62,516 bases of DNA, filler included, from Rhabdomonas costata (GCA_019059605.1; 23 parts of 23 records of this genome joined end to end with filler, not necessarily neighbours in it); one strand, 5' to 3'. Numbered from the whole stretch's first letter, positions 1-13,169 are shown. Notes: generated from the sequence alone by a model not told the origin. Program-made: numbers and translations.

Positions 1-460
1 GTGTGGGGTGTGTGTGGTTGTTTTGGGGTTGCTTGTTCGTTCAAAACGATGGAGGGGGGGGGGTGCGCCTCTATTCCCTTCCATCCCTTGATCTGACCAT
101 GTGACAAAACCTTGGAGAAAATACGGGATCTCGGGTATGGTCTTTCTTTTCCGCGTCGAAAAGAGATAATCTGACAGCAGCCGCTTTGTGTTTTCGGTGA
201 GGATTCGGTGGCGGAAGGCTGTTTGATGGAGGTACTCACTTTGAAAGCAAGCTTCAAGCTCAAGTTGAAAGACAGGCTGCCATTAACCAAAAACAAGGAC
301 AAGCTGGATCTTTGCTTTTTCTGTGGTGGTTGCTCTTTCGTCCCTTTCAAGCACGAACGCGAGAACAAGACAAAAAGGGACGTCCTTTTGCGCGGATCTT
401 TGAGTCATGACACCTTTTCTCTTCTCTATCTTTTTTTCAACTTTTGACAGCTTTCTTACA

Positions 461-2625
461 ATGTCAGATAATCCAGATGCCAAGGTTGTGGTGCGGTGCC
501 GAGGGGTTCCCTTTCAATCTAATGAGGACACCATGCGGGAGTTTTTCTCAGGCCTTTCCGTTGTGAAGGTGCAGTTCATTGTCAACGAACACGGGCGGGT
601 GGCCGGAGAATGCTTCGTCCAGTTCGCCACAGAGGAGGATGCCGCCAAAGCGCGAGGTGAATCTGTCTTTGGGCGTTGCTGTTTCCCTTGGTAACTTAAC
701 TGGTTTGCAGCAAAAAAAAAGTGGAACGCGGAAGTGTGCAGACAAGGACAAAAGCTGGCTCTATGGGAAAACATGGCTGAGCTAGGGTGTATGATGGGCT
801 TTTCACTTCAGCAAACCATACGGAATTGGCAACGTTTGGAATTCCGACTCGAAATCGACACACCTCGAGAACCCCGCTTTTGTTTCGCTTGCCTTCACAG
901 AACGTGACCGCCAGCACATTGGAGCCCGATACATTGAGGTCTTTCTCACCACTCTGGGAGAAATGGCGATGCACCTCAACTCGATTGCTCAGAGCGGGAG
1001 CTCCATCGTAAAGTTGCGCGGGATGCCCTACAGCGCGACAGAGTCTGACGTGCAGCAGTTTTTCTCTGGACTGGATATTATCCCAAATGGCGTTTACATG
1101 TGCTCCGCGGGGCATGGGCGGCTCACTGGGGAAGCGTTTATCGAGTTCTCATCTCCCAAGGTGGCTGAGGAGGCAATGCAGAGACACAGGCAGATGATGG
1201 GTTCTCGGTACATCGAGCTCTTTCGCTCCTCTCCTGTGGAGCGGAAGATGGCTCAGACGTTTGAAGGCATGAGCGAGTGACTTTGAACTTTACCCTCCTT
1301 CTCACTCTTTTTTTTCCGGTAAGAGCCACTGCAAGCGCGATGCGGTTTCCCGCGTTCCGGTTTCGTTATGGGGTTTCGGTTTTTTTACCGCAGCCCAATT
1401 TTTTTTTGAAAAGGAAACAGACGTTGAAGAGAGCGAAGCCGAAGCAGGCCTGGGTAATAAGCAGGCCTCCCGAATCGCTGCGTGGCCGGTCCTTGGGGTC
1501 ACGAGTTTCTCGACCTTTTGCCTTTGGCCCGTTTTGGTGGCCGTTGGCGGCTCTTTCGTGTCCTTTCGCTTCCTTTTGCCCCACTTCTTGCCCCACGCAG
1601 CGGAGGGTATACGACAGCACCCACAACGTACTTTTCGAGGAACCACCAACGCCGCAGCCCAATTTTTTTGTTTTTTGGGTCTGGTATGTTTTCAGGTTCA
1701 CAGCCTTTGTCTATGTGATGGCTTCTTTCCTTGTTTTCACAACTTGCATCTTTCTTTTTCAGGGCAAGGCGGTCTGCAGAGCCTCCCGAACCATGGCGGT
1801 ACGTTCGAGAGAGGAGGCTATTTGTTCCTATGCCATTGCGTTGTTGCTTGTATTTCTTCTGCAGCATCAGGGCCATCCAAGCAGTCGATGGGTGGTGTCG
1901 GGAGGGCAAAAGGACAGGGATTTGGACAGGGGACGTGGCCTCAGGGGGACCCCGGGTGGGGAGAGGCAATCGTCCTTGCTCCTGTGTTAACTCAGAGATC
2001 ATGATCTTGCCACCAGTCCCCGCCACAGGGAACCTTCCGATGATGAGGAGTACTGACCACTCCTTGAAGTCACCGTTACCCCGGCCATGGGTTGAGCAAT
2101 GGTACGCTTACAAGAAGGGGGAAGGCGGCCACCCTCCAAGGATGGGGAGGAGCTGGTTGGAGAAGGGGAGAAGCGCTTGGAGATGGATGGGGGGCAGCCT
2201 TTCCCCGGGAAGCATGGAAAGCTGGGGGGAAAGCAGGAAGAGCCGTGGGATTCCAGCCACTAGCCGCTGCTGGAGTTCCAGCTGTCTCCGAAGGCACTGA
2301 TGGGAAGATGGGAAGGGATGGGAAATACGTCCTTGGCGTTGGGGCTTTTTGGGCCAGAGGGAGTGAGTTGGCCCGCTTTCCTTTTTCTCAGGAATCAACG
2401 GCAGCGCCTTTGTAGTCCGACTTAGAGGGCTTCCCTTCAGCGCCACCGAGTTAGACATTGCCGACTTCTTCTCCGACGTGAACATCGCCTCTCGTGGAAT
2501 TCACATGGTGCCTTGCTTTTTTTATATCCTTGCTTTTGTGTGCTTGCGCTGGCTATGCTCGAGCTCATGGTTCAGACTGCTCGCGTGGCTCTCACAGGTT
2601 TTCACCAAGTTTGACAAACCCACTA
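461..2625 (+). CDS. hnRNP F/H / ESRP-type quasi-RRM RNA-binding protein (spliced, 3' partial)
   Basis: Exon 461-656 (VVRCRGVPF...GECFVQF) splices GT-AG to 901 (ERDRQHIGARYIEVF). Second qRRM: VKLRGMPYSAT...GEAFIEF...MGSRYIELF. Third qRRM in exons 2392-2507 (VVRLRGLPFSATELDIADFF) and 2598-2625. Middle exons are unresolved. Confidence 0.92.
1584..1622 (+). repeat. Dispersed intronic motif, copy 1
   Basis: 36/39 identical to the reverse complement of 30598-30636 on another contig. Confidence 0.75.
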
Positions 2626-2725
2626 NNNNNNNNNNNNNNNNNNNNNNNNNNNNNNNNNNNNNNNNNNNNTTAATTAATTAANNNNNNNNNNNNNNNNNNN
2701 NNNNNNNNNNNNNNNNNNNNNNNNN
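2626..2725. other. Artificial contig linker N44-TTAATTAATTAA-N44 (first of 22)
   Basis: Identical 100-bp spacer with stops in all six frames, at 2626, 5349, 8066, 10791, 13515, 16239, 18963, 21687, 24411, 27132, 29856, 32579, 35300, 38021, 40741, 43462, 46182, 48917, 51638, 54357, 57077 and 59797. The pieces between are all about 2.62 kb, i.e. size-sorted contigs. Confidence 0.99.
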
Positions 2726-3333
2726 GGGTGGTTGGGGTAAAGAGCGATGGACGCGCTGGGACGTTGCCCAAGGCGGCGATGCATCGAGTCGTGCTCAACG
2801 ACCGAAGAGGTGACAGTGGTTTCGATCATGCTTTTTCTGGCAGGGAAAAGTCGGGTGAAATGGGCAGCGAGGCGCCAAAATCTAGATGAGCAGATCGGGA
2901 GGAGACAAAATCCACTAGGGATCCTGAACGTTCAACAATACATTCACAGGAATACAAGCGTGGAGCACCTCCTCTCGGATTCCAACAGAAAAAAAGCAGA
3001 AGGCGAAGCACACCTCCCCCACAAAACGACCAATGAATCGCAGGAAAACATCCCATTCATCAGCAACCCCATATACCGAACCATAAGCTGTTGCTGAACC
3101 CCGAGTCTTCTATTTTAGTACTTTTGCCCAGCGCCTCGAGAGTCCTCGCCAAACCTCGCAAAAAAAGAGAAAGAAACGGACTCCTCCCTTGCAATACAGC
3201 GCTGGCACTTTTTTTCGAGGCCGAGGACCGTGAACAGATAAGGCCCTTTCTGAACCCACATTTTCGTCGCACACACACAGTAGCGCGGTCCACAGCGGAG
3301 GCAATGATTCACTTAGAGCAGGACCTCCTTCAT

Positions 3334-3351
3334 GGGTTAGGGTTAGGGTTA
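3334..3351 (+). repeat. Short interstitial (GGGTTA)3 telomere-like repeat
   Basis: GGGTTAGGGTTAGGGTTA seen directly. Confidence 0.55.
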
Positions 3352-6014
3352 TCTGCAGGCTTGTGAACTGCTCTTCAACGCGCACCACAGGAATTTTACA
3401 GGTGCCGTGTAGGCACCCTTCTTGGTTCAACCGCCTGTTTCTTTGCGCTCCTGTGCACGTCTACCTGTGCCCAAAAGGTACACGTGAAGAACGCTTGGGT
3501 GGATCTGTACTGGGTCACTCTGGTGTTCACCACCCCGGGCGTCTTGCGGGCTTGCAGCGAGGTTGTCAAAGCAACGCAACGTTCCGTGGGGCGCGAACGC
3601 AAGAATGCTCCGTGAGAGAAAACCAGGACGGGTTGAGAGAGCTCATGGCAGAGGAGGACCCTGGGCACACCGAGTATGTGGGCATGGGCAGGGTATATTC
3701 CGGAGGAACAACGCGGTACGACACGCTCATCGTGCCCTCCTTAAAGGTATCACACACTCGCACCCAATGGCTCAGCGGCTCGATCGACGATGCAGGCAAC
3801 AACAGGAAACCCACAAGACCACAGGCACGCTGGGAAAAAGGAGGTGGAAAGGAACAATCTCACCCCTAGAAAGCTTGGAGGGAGGGGAGGCTCCAGTTTG
3901 AAGACGTCCCTTGTCACTAAGTAATGTAAAGGCTAAACTGCAATCAGATGTCAAAGAGTGTGCTGCCAGGGCGAACCCCCACAAGAGCGTTCTCAGGTGC
4001 AGATCATGCAAGACTCCCTTTGGGTCAAACCAGATGTATGCGCACATCGCCATGGAGAAGTTTTCTGGGATACTAGAATGCACGGCAGTTAGAGCCAACT
4101 TCTTGGGACGAGTTTTCCTGAACAGAAATTTTAGGAGGAAAAATACGCGTGGAATTTCATCAGCTTTATTTGTCCGCATTCGCAAGCGTTGCAAATCGAT
4201 AACATCATGTTTGTGTTGTAAACAATGCAGAAATATTTAATTAGGGCGTTTCTCAAAGAGCGATAATATCGGAAATCCAGGTGGATTTTTGGTTAATTTG
4301 TTGGTCATTTGCTTTGCAAGTTGGTAGGAGTTACATTATTTTCTTCCGGGTTCAACACATCCATCTGAAAGTTTCCTTGACGATGCGCAGAGAGGATGTC
4401 ACGAGGAAGCATTATCGTTCACAAAGATAACCTGCGGCAAGCATGAGGCCACGGCATTTTAAACCAAATTACACCAAAAAATGGCCTGTGAGTGGTCTGT
4501 GAGCCTCTGTTAGCATGTGCCGATTTCGACCAGAAACAAGCCACGCGCAGTGGGACAGGCAGTATTGGGCCTGTGTAGGCCCTATGGTATATAGGCCCGT
4601 CTCCTCTTGGCGGCATATCGCTTTCCCTTCAAGGGTGTAGCGGTGCACTGTACCAAGAGTTATGCGGGGGGCGTGGGGAAGCCTCGCCCTGGCTATTCTC
4701 CGGACGGAATCCAGTAGCTTCGACCTGTTCGACTGGAAAGTGCAACAACTTCTCTCTCATTTCTCCTTCTCACCCCGACCACAAAGGACAGCCATTTTGA
4801 GTTCTGTTGTTGGTTGAAGCCAGTTGTAGTGGCGATTTGTAAAACCGGTCGAATCAGATTGGGTACTTAGAGAACCCACGTTTCCGTCAAACCCCAGGAA
4901 ATGGAAGAAGAGCTGCAACCAAAAGAATCTCGAGGCCCTCCCCGCGTCTCCGCCCGACAACGAGTGCACTGTCAATTTTTGCATCAGTCCTCTGCTCGTG
5001 CGATCGATTCCTTCCCATTGGGGGCTTCTTGCAAGCGGCTGTATAAAAACAAGGGAAAAATTCTGGAGAGGGCTCAAGAGGAGTTAAAGAGAGGCTTACG
5101 GAACACGGAAGTACAATTACCCAGAGTCGCTGCCACAGTGCCCGGATCCCTTACCGTTTTCCACATCTCTTTCCCCAAAGGTCACCAGTCCGATTTACAA
5201 TACATCTCGACAACAGAGCCTGTTCAAATCGAGCACCAAAGGAAGCCCCATAGCCCCATCACATCGTAACGGTACTAAAGAAGACACACTTTTCTCACAA
5301 GCGGGCGGACAACAATACCGCACGCAACCATGGTTTCAACCCACACAANNNNNNNNNNNNNNNNNNNNNNNNNNNNNNNNNNNNNNNNNNNNTTAATTAA
5401 TTAANNNNNNNNNNNNNNNNNNNNNNNNNNNNNNNNNNNNNNNNNNNNGTTGGTCGGGGTGGCAGGAGGTAAGTTCTACCCTCTTTTATGTTGAGGGGGC
5501 AGAGAGGGCTTAAAGAAGAAAGGCAGAAAACGAGGACCCGAAAGTTGGATGAAAAGAAAACATGTCCCAGCATACAACGCGCGCTACCTATGGGTGCTCG
5601 CACGGGGATCCCCATAATCTTTGTGTTCTCCGGTGCTGAAGGGAAGTCCAGTCGAAACGGAGGCTATGCCGAGCCGTTTCTTTGGGTGTTAACGTCTCTG
5701 GAACACGCTCATCTAAACTGTCACAAACAAAACACGGGTCCTGTTGCGATCAGCGAGCCATAAAACACACAAGCAAAAAGAAAGAGACAGCCCAACGAAG
5801 GAGTGCTGCGGAGAAGCATGACAATCGGTATCGCAAGGAGCGTTGCCGTGCGAGCAACCACGGGAACGACGTTCTTTTTCTGGAAGTCCGCGTTCGGTAC
5901 CAGTGGTTCTATACTGCCATGCCCCCCTAGTGTTGGGCGGTATCTCCAAGGCAAATCTCGAGTTCTGTGGTTCTGTGGTTTTCATGGGTCACTTTTTGGG
6001 GGGCATGGGCTCAG

Positions 6015-7131
6015 CGGGCAATGGCGGCTCGCTATGGGCTCTCCGCGGCTGCCGCCCAGCGCTCAGCCCTGCAGTGCAGCATGCCCGTGACTTACGTACA
6101 GTCCTTTCTGAACTCCTCCTCGTCCTCCTCCCCGTCTGGGGGCGGCGGCGGTGGGGTGCCCGCTCGGCCATTCTTCTTAGCCACTGATGAGCAGAACCCC
6201 TCCGCCACGGCAGCCTTAGCACAAGCCGGAGCGGTGCGGTACCGCGCCGCGGACCGCCGCACACGGCTAGCTCCCCGCCCCGGAAATGAGCGGCAGCGGC
6301 AGGTGCTGGCTGCAGGACCCGCAAGCAGTGAACCGGGTGGGAATGGCACTGCGGAAGACATTTCGACAGCCTCACGAGCTGCCGCCGCGGGTTGCTATTC
6401 TTATTCTCTCTGCTTCTCTCTGCTTTTTTTGACGTTGGTAAAGAAAAGTGAGCTTGCATCAGCTGTACTGCTTTCCTTTGATGATTATGTTTTCTTCTTC
6501 CTCCGCTACAGGTGGTGAAGGCTGTGTTATTGATGGTTCATCATTAGTTTTGCCTCTGTTGTCTGTTGCGTAGAGGTGGTTGGTTTGCCCGAACTGGTAT
6601 CACATGCCGAATGATAGCTTGTGGTTTACACTCACGCTTTTCTTTGCCCCCCCCCCACAATCATATTTTAACCGAATCTTGATTCTTGCAACAGACAGCT
6701 ACCCTGGCAATCCCGCGGCAGGCTTTCGTTGATGAGTTGAGCTTTTTTTCGCCAAAGCGGAAAAAACGCCATGCCAATACCTCGTCATGGCATACTTTCC
6801 CTGCACTGAGGCCATCCGAACTCTCCGAAACACCTAACACACCAATACCCCACCACCACCACCACAAAAAAAAACAGGCGGGAGCGGGGCGGAGGCGGAT
6901 GGCGGTGGGGGTGGTGTGGCCGAGCTCTCGGGGATCCCCGCGATTGCGGTGGATCTCTTCTTGCTTGCCGAGGCGGAGATTTTTGTAGGCAACGCCGCGT
7001 CCACGCTCTCCATGAACGCCTGCCGGCTCCGGCTGGCCCGCGGCCGGAGCTGCCCAAGCTTCAGCCCCGGCCTCATTCAGGCCCTGGGCGGTGAGCTAAC
7101 CGCTAACCGCTCCTCAGGATGTGCGCTGTAG
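6015..7131 (+). CDS. O-fucosyltransferase-like (GT-B) protein, last two exons
   Basis: Exon 6015-6390 has FFLATDE. Exon 6878-7131 has AVDLFLLAEAEIFVGNAASTLSMN..R, matching the FLATD ... D..L..A..FVG...ST.S pattern of O-FucT-type enzymes. The GT-AG intron keeps frame. Confidence 0.65.
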
Positions 7132-7920
7132 CTCAGGGAGTTGAATTCACTTCATCCTTCGCGGCAGCATTTGCGACCAGCGTGTAACCGCCACCGGTAC
7201 TGATGACCGACTTCCATCCCAAGAAAGAGAGGTCTCCGCTATCCACGATACCCATGTCCCATGTTCAGATGCAAGCTCCTCGGAATTAGCTCATGTCAAT
7301 CAGGGAGAAAGCGAGTGGGCGAGGACGGGGTAACCTCTCTCTCTAACTCGTGAGTTTCTTCTCTCACATTGGACCCCGATGGATTAACATTGCAATGCTG
7401 ACTCCTGCCATGTAAGGTGGTCGGTTTGGGGAACTCCTCAGGCACAGTGCGTTTCTTTCACAGTGGGCAGCTGCTTTGTTGGGGGCTTCCAATGCATTGG
7501 GTCACAAAGTATGAATGCAGCGCAAGTGTCGGCCCCCAACATTTGCACAGGATTTGTGCAGGAAGGTTCATTAAGTGACACTTCGTCTCCAGCTGCGAGG
7601 AAACTTGTCGCATTGGCGACGTTGGATGTCATGAATGACAATCAGGCCAGAAACTGCTTGACCTTGTCCGCACCCTTGCTCGTTTTTTCTTACCTTTTGC
7701 CAAAAGGACCTGCATCACTGTAAGCGCTGGTTGCTCTAGTTCTAGTGTGGGTTGCGGATCACCAGCCTTAATGACTGTCTGGTTTCTGTATCAAAGGCCA
7801 TTTCTATTCCCATTTTTTTTGCGTGAAATCCAATCTGCTCCTCGGGTTTCCTCTCCTCTTCACTTCCTTTTTGTGTTTTTGTTTTTCCTTTCTTTTCTGT
7901 CCTTGCCTTTTCTTTCGGCT

Positions 7921-8065
7921 ATGTCAAACGGTGACTCCGACGGTCCTCGTCGCGTGGGCAGCGCGTATAGCCCAGCAACGGAGCCCTTCTCCGGTACAGT
8001 CCCGGACCAGTCCCAGCTCGAGCTGGTCTCTACCGGAGCTTTCGACGTTCTTTCCCAACCACACC
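7921..8065 (+). CDS. Possible first exon of an unknown protein (truncated by contig end)
   Basis: ATG after a long pyrimidine tract with an open frame to the contig end. No recognisable motif. Confidence 0.3.
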
Positions 8066-8201
8066 NNNNNNNNNNNNNNNNNNNNNNNNNNNNNNNNNNN
8101 NNNNNNNNNTTAATTAATTAANNNNNNNNNNNNNNNNNNNNNNNNNNNNNNNNNNNNNNNNNNNNGGGGTTGTGGGAATGATTCTGTTCAGACTACTCCA
8201 A

Positions 8202-10356
8202 CCGCCAGCTGCCGAATGCTGACCTTGCTGCGAGCAGGCTTCACTCTAGCGGACTTAAGCTTGGAGTAGTCTGAACAGAATCATTCCCGCGACCACCACC
8301 ACCACCACCACCACCACCCATCAGAGCTCTTTTCAATCTGTACACTTCACCATGAGCTCCCATCCACCATCTCTCTCCACGGGTGCTGCTTGTTTGTTAC
8401 ATGAGATTGCTGCACTCCTATCGTAGAGGGAAAAACACAGGCTCCACTTCTCACATCCTCACTTGAACTCCTCATGGTGCTCATGCTTTTCCAGTAGCCA
8501 CAAATACGTGTGCGCACAAGGAGATTCAAGGGAGAGGAGAAGCACTGACCTAGCACGTTGTTGATCAAAACCAGCGCAGACTGCAGGGCAATGCAAGCCT
8601 TCTGCAGCAGGTCCTTGCGGTCTTCCGTCGCCGTGTCAACCCCGGTCCTGTCTCCCGGAGGAGCGTCCAGCAAGAGGATCTGCATCGCCGTCAACGCGGT
8701 CGTTAGAGGAGTACGAATGTCGTGGCTCACAGAGAGAATCGAGGAGGGAGCGTCCAGGGAACGGCTCTGTACGCTACCCACGTCATCAGAAAGTTCACGG
8801 GCTGCAGACGAGTCGTCGGGAGCACTGATCCGAGGGTTCGTACTTGCCTCACCTTCAGGAAGCATCCACCTGAATAAAAACCACAGGAAACACCCACACA
8901 CACGAATACGAATACCTGCGAGGAAAATACAAAAATAAAGTCAATTCCAATAGAAAGAGGAATTACAAAAACTGTTGGTGCATATTCGAGACATCCACGG
9001 TCCCATCCATGGTGGTTATATGGCATAATTTTTCTTTGTATTTGATTCATATTGTTTATATAACAGACATCTCCAAGGCAATGGCGGGACGGGACGCACA
9101 ACCATCAGACAACCATCATAGAGCTGCAGTGGAGCTCAGAGCCAAGCAAAAAAGAGGAGAGGGTGGAGCGCGTTCCTGAGAACTTTGATCCGGGTGACCG
9201 CCTGGTTCAAGCTCTCCACCTGCCTGAGGTAACGGGCCTGCTGCTCATCCAGCCTTCTCTTCATACTGAGCTGAGCTCTGCAACCTGGGTAGGAGTGCTC
9301 CTCGGAAACCGGAGTGAGCTCCAGCTGCGTGCGCCGCCACTGTTCAGCGCCCTGGTCATAGCCCCTGCGGAGGTCCTCAAGCTCACCCCGCAGCGCAATA
9401 GAAACTTGGCACGATGCCCCGGATTCGCTGATCGGGAGCCCAATGCTGGGCTCCGGCCTGGGCGGAAGTACCAGCTCTTCCTGAGTAAGCGAAAGACGTC
9501 GCCGCGGGGTGGACGGGGTCGACGAAGCCCTCTCCATGTCAAGCACAAGGGGACGAGAGAGCGGAAGGGCACTGGCGGACGTTTCGATCAGGGCTTCGTT
9601 GGTGGTGCTGAATCCAGAGGACGGCACCGGCTGGGCGTTTAGCAAGGAGGAGGGAACTTCGCTTGTGGAAAGCAGATACTCTGCCGGTCCACTGACAGGC
9701 TCAGTTTTGGGGGATAATACCTGCCTTCCGCTGGGGCATCCCCGGAAGTGAGCCACACAAAGGGGAACCATTGACCCTCCGCGAAGGCCGCCGGAGCTCG
9801 CACTGGGGAATCCAATCGCGGACCCGGAGGAGGCCGCATGCTGCCGCTCCCGAGCACGGAGCAAGGTAACCCCTACAGACGAGATGGTAAGAATAAGTGG
9901 AAACCCACTGTTGAGCTCAGCCCAAAAGGAAATCGAGGGCACCAGCACAGTGGCCAGCATGGGAAGGAGCTGAAGCCGGAGCTCCGGGGTCATTCCGGAG
10001 CTCAGAAACTGCATCGCAGCGGGCAGGCAGGCGTGAATGGGAAGGCCGAAACCTCTGCTGAAAACACCGTAGAACACAAGCGCTACCACGTGGGCAGCAC
10101 TGAGCATCGCGAAGCCTGGGGTGGAACGGCCCCTGTAGTGCAGCCAGGAAGCCGAGAAGCACAACGCACCCACAGTGAGAGGCGAGGCCAGCGCCAAAAC
10201 GACGGAGGAGGCCAAGGAGGAAGGGAGGAGAAGTGCACTGTACAGGGTCAGGGAAAAGAGCGTTCCCGACCAGACAAGGTTGCGGAGGAACAGGTCCTTC
10301 CGGAGAAGTGTCTCTACCAGAAGGCAAGGCGGTGGATCGACCCGCATGGAAAGCAT
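8202..10356 (-). CDS. Membrane-anchored sensor histidine kinase (N-terminal TM region plus HisKA; 3' partial)
   Basis: Large first exon (ORF 9136-10356) with several hydrophobic helices and a coiled-coil-like end. Exon 8869-8550 has the H-box SVSHDIRTPL and LVLINNVL, and splices GT-AG to an exon at about 8270 reading DYSKLKS (cf. HisKA consensus LINDILDFSKIE). The first junction is not resolved. Confidence 0.78.
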
Positions 10357-10890
10357 TTATTTGTGTCAAGACAAAAGAAAAAGCAACGGAAACAGGGGTG
10401 GACCAAAACACAGGTGCACTGTCACCCCTGTGGACTGAGGGACTCACTCAAACCAACCAACTGAAAAAACACACGCCACCTGCGAGACGGAAGCAGGGAA
10501 CTTTCAGTTTTGAGAGAACGCCAGCAGTCCGCTGAACACGTTAACTGCAATGGACAGGGGGAGCAGGGGCCAGGCGTGACCGGGTTTGTTGCTATAGGGA
10601 TTACATTCACTGAGGAAGCTTGCACGTCTACGAAGATGCGATGCAAGTGAGCATGGAGAAAAAACTGCCATGTGGCAAGAATACCATTTGAAGCACAGTC
10701 GAGCCGAGCGTGCTTCACGGCGCAGGACAGCTTTAAAGCAAAGTCCATCCAATACTGAAAACGCAGTGGCTAAAAGCGATTACACACCCCNNNNNNNNNN
10801 NNNNNNNNNNNNNNNNNNNNNNNNNNNNNNNNNNTTAATTAATTAANNNNNNNNNNNNNNNNNNNNNNNNNNNNNNNNNNNNNNNNNNNN

Positions 10891-13169
10891 TCGGGTTTGC
10901 TGCATCTGGGTCTGACTTCCTCGGCAGCGGGACTGTTTCTTCTGGCCTGTTTGTTTGGGGCGCCGGAGCGAACACAGGCCAAGGAGAAGCAGACTGAAAA
11001 GAAGGCGAAGAAGAGCTACCGTGCGGATGAGGTTGCAGCTCACAACTCAACCAGCACGGGAATCTGGTGCAGCTACAAGGGCAAGGTCTACGACATCACG
11101 AAGTTCGTGGATGTTCATCCCGGGGGCCGTGTGGTGACTTTGGCCGCGGGCAAAGGTTTGACAGACTTTTTTCTTGCTCAGATCCTGCCGAACTGGTCTT
11201 CTTTTTTCTCTCGTTTCCAGCTCTTTGCTCCCCTGAACTGAGTCCGAATTCTAATCGAATGAACTGGCGCTATTTGAGTTTGAATTGCCAGAGATGCCAA
11301 AGAGGGGGGGGGTGTGTGTGCAGCCAAATAGTGTTTTACGTAACCTTTACCTTGTTAATCCCCCCCCCCATTCGGCCGCGTTTACTACCGAGGGTTCGAT
11401 TCCGAGGGAATTCCGGAGGTGACTAGCTGAATGCATTTGCTTTGGGCGCTGCAATCCCAAATGATACCGGATTCAACTTACTCAATTGCGTGGCTCGTTG
11501 GTTCCGATAGCAAATTCCACCTGGTAAAACGAGTTCCATGGTCTGAGTTCGTGCATAAAGGGCCAAGTACCGAAATCAGGCCGACAACAGAAGAGGACAT
11601 TTTTTAAGGAAGAGCGCGAAAACGCAATTATGATTTGTCACTTACACGGGAAACGGTGATCAATTAGAGGTCAGGTCAGATATTTGCTGAAGTGGGAAAT
11701 TGAGGAGGGCACAACGAACAGTCTCTGATGAGCCCAGTTGGGGAATGTCAAAACCTCGTGCGCCAACGCGCGCATTCGGACTCCTTTGCCCGCCATCGCG
11801 CGCCTTCTTTGCAAACGCTGGCCGTCGCCCGCCAACACTTCCGTGGAAGTCGGGTAACTTCAAACAAAAAACAAACCTGTCGCGCTCCATCGCGCTAACG
11901 CAACTTAGCCTGCCGTTGGCCGCCATCGCCGGCCGTCGCCATCGTTCGTCGCGCCCCTTTGAGCACAAAATGTTCACAACGGCAGGGGAAAAGGCAACTG
12001 AAAAAGTAGCAACTGAAAAGCGTGCTCCAATTGACCCTTTTCTGGCTTTTGGGTGATTCGACTTGGATTAAAGCGTTTATAATGTTATTTCAGACCTGGC
12101 ACCGTTCTGGGCGATGTACACCATACACACGGCCTCTGACACTGCACTGAAAATGTTGGGGCCTTTCGAGATCGGCAATCTCGTGGCAGAGCCCGCTGCT
12201 GGCGCGACAACGATGCCCTGCTTGGGTGTGCTTTGTTTCCCTTTTTTCTGTTGCAGCGAAAATCGAAATTTTTTTTGGGGGAATTACAGCTTCGGTGCTT
12301 CACCAGTGCCGTTGCTTTGGTAGATTGGCTGCCTTCCACCTTGCTTGCAGCCTGAACTGTGGTTGTATGATTTTGTAAGTGGTGTATTCGCAACTATTCA
12401 AGATGAATTGCAGGAAACAAGCCTTCTGTCTGTTCCGGCGTTACCGTTCCCGGAATGGGGGCTCGGCCTCTGAGCTGTACCCCCCTCTCTGGCGCCGAGT
12501 CGGCAAGCGGTTGAGCGCCAACTTGGGTGGGCAATGTTGGGTTCCCTTTCTTGTGAATACTAGAACGTAGACTAGAGGTGTGTTTGCGTAGAGGATGTGT
12601 AGAGGTTGTGTAGAGGTTATCCCGTCCACATCTTCGAACCGTGCCTGTGCGCAGTTGCGGTTCATAATAAACAAGCCTTCGTTTTTGTTGTGGACTGCAA
12701 CAGCGGCGGACCCGCCGAAGGCCGATGACTACGACTTTGTGCTCAAGCGCAGCCCCTTGCTCAGTGTGCTGAGCAAGAAGCCGTTCAACGCAGAGCCTCC
12801 CTCTGAGTTACTCTCGGCCGCCTTTATCACGGTACACTGGGGCACCATTATCCTTTGATCTTTTCCGACCTTCTCTTGCAATTGCAACCTCATTGGGACT
12901 CAGGATGGTGCGAGAAGCGAGCTGGAACCGCAGGTTGGTTTGAAGGCATGACATTCACTGGGACCGATTCTTTTTCATCCCCCGGGGAATCTTCATCTCA
13001 CCTGTGGGCTTTTTGCTGTGTACCCGCCCGTTTCTTTTCCGAACACTGCAGCCTGCGGACATCAGCTTTATCCGCAGCCACATCCACACCCCCAAGCTAG
13101 ACGCGGACAAATGGAGTGTGGAGATTTCTGGGCTCGGCATCCCCAAGCCCGTGACCTTCACCTTGAAAG
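10891..13169 (+). CDS. SUOX: Sulfite oxidase with cytochrome b5 domain (partial)
   Basis: Exons: 10891-11155 (EVAAHN..GIW..YKGKVYDITKFVDVHPGG), 12094-about 12225 (DLAPFWAMYTIH), 12704-12831 (KKPFNAEPPSELL...FIT), 13052-13169 (FIRSHIHTP). The order b5, linker, Moco domain is as in animal sulfite oxidase. Confidence 0.9.

Noticed and set aside
2726-5348. Possible minus-strand exons in contig 2 (likewise contigs at 19063-21686 and 27232-29855)
   Set aside because: No recognisable motifs or self-consistent exon chain.
11360-11425. GGTTCGATTCC T-loop-like motif as a tRNA
   Set aside because: I could not build an acceptor stem, D-arm or anticodon arm around it.
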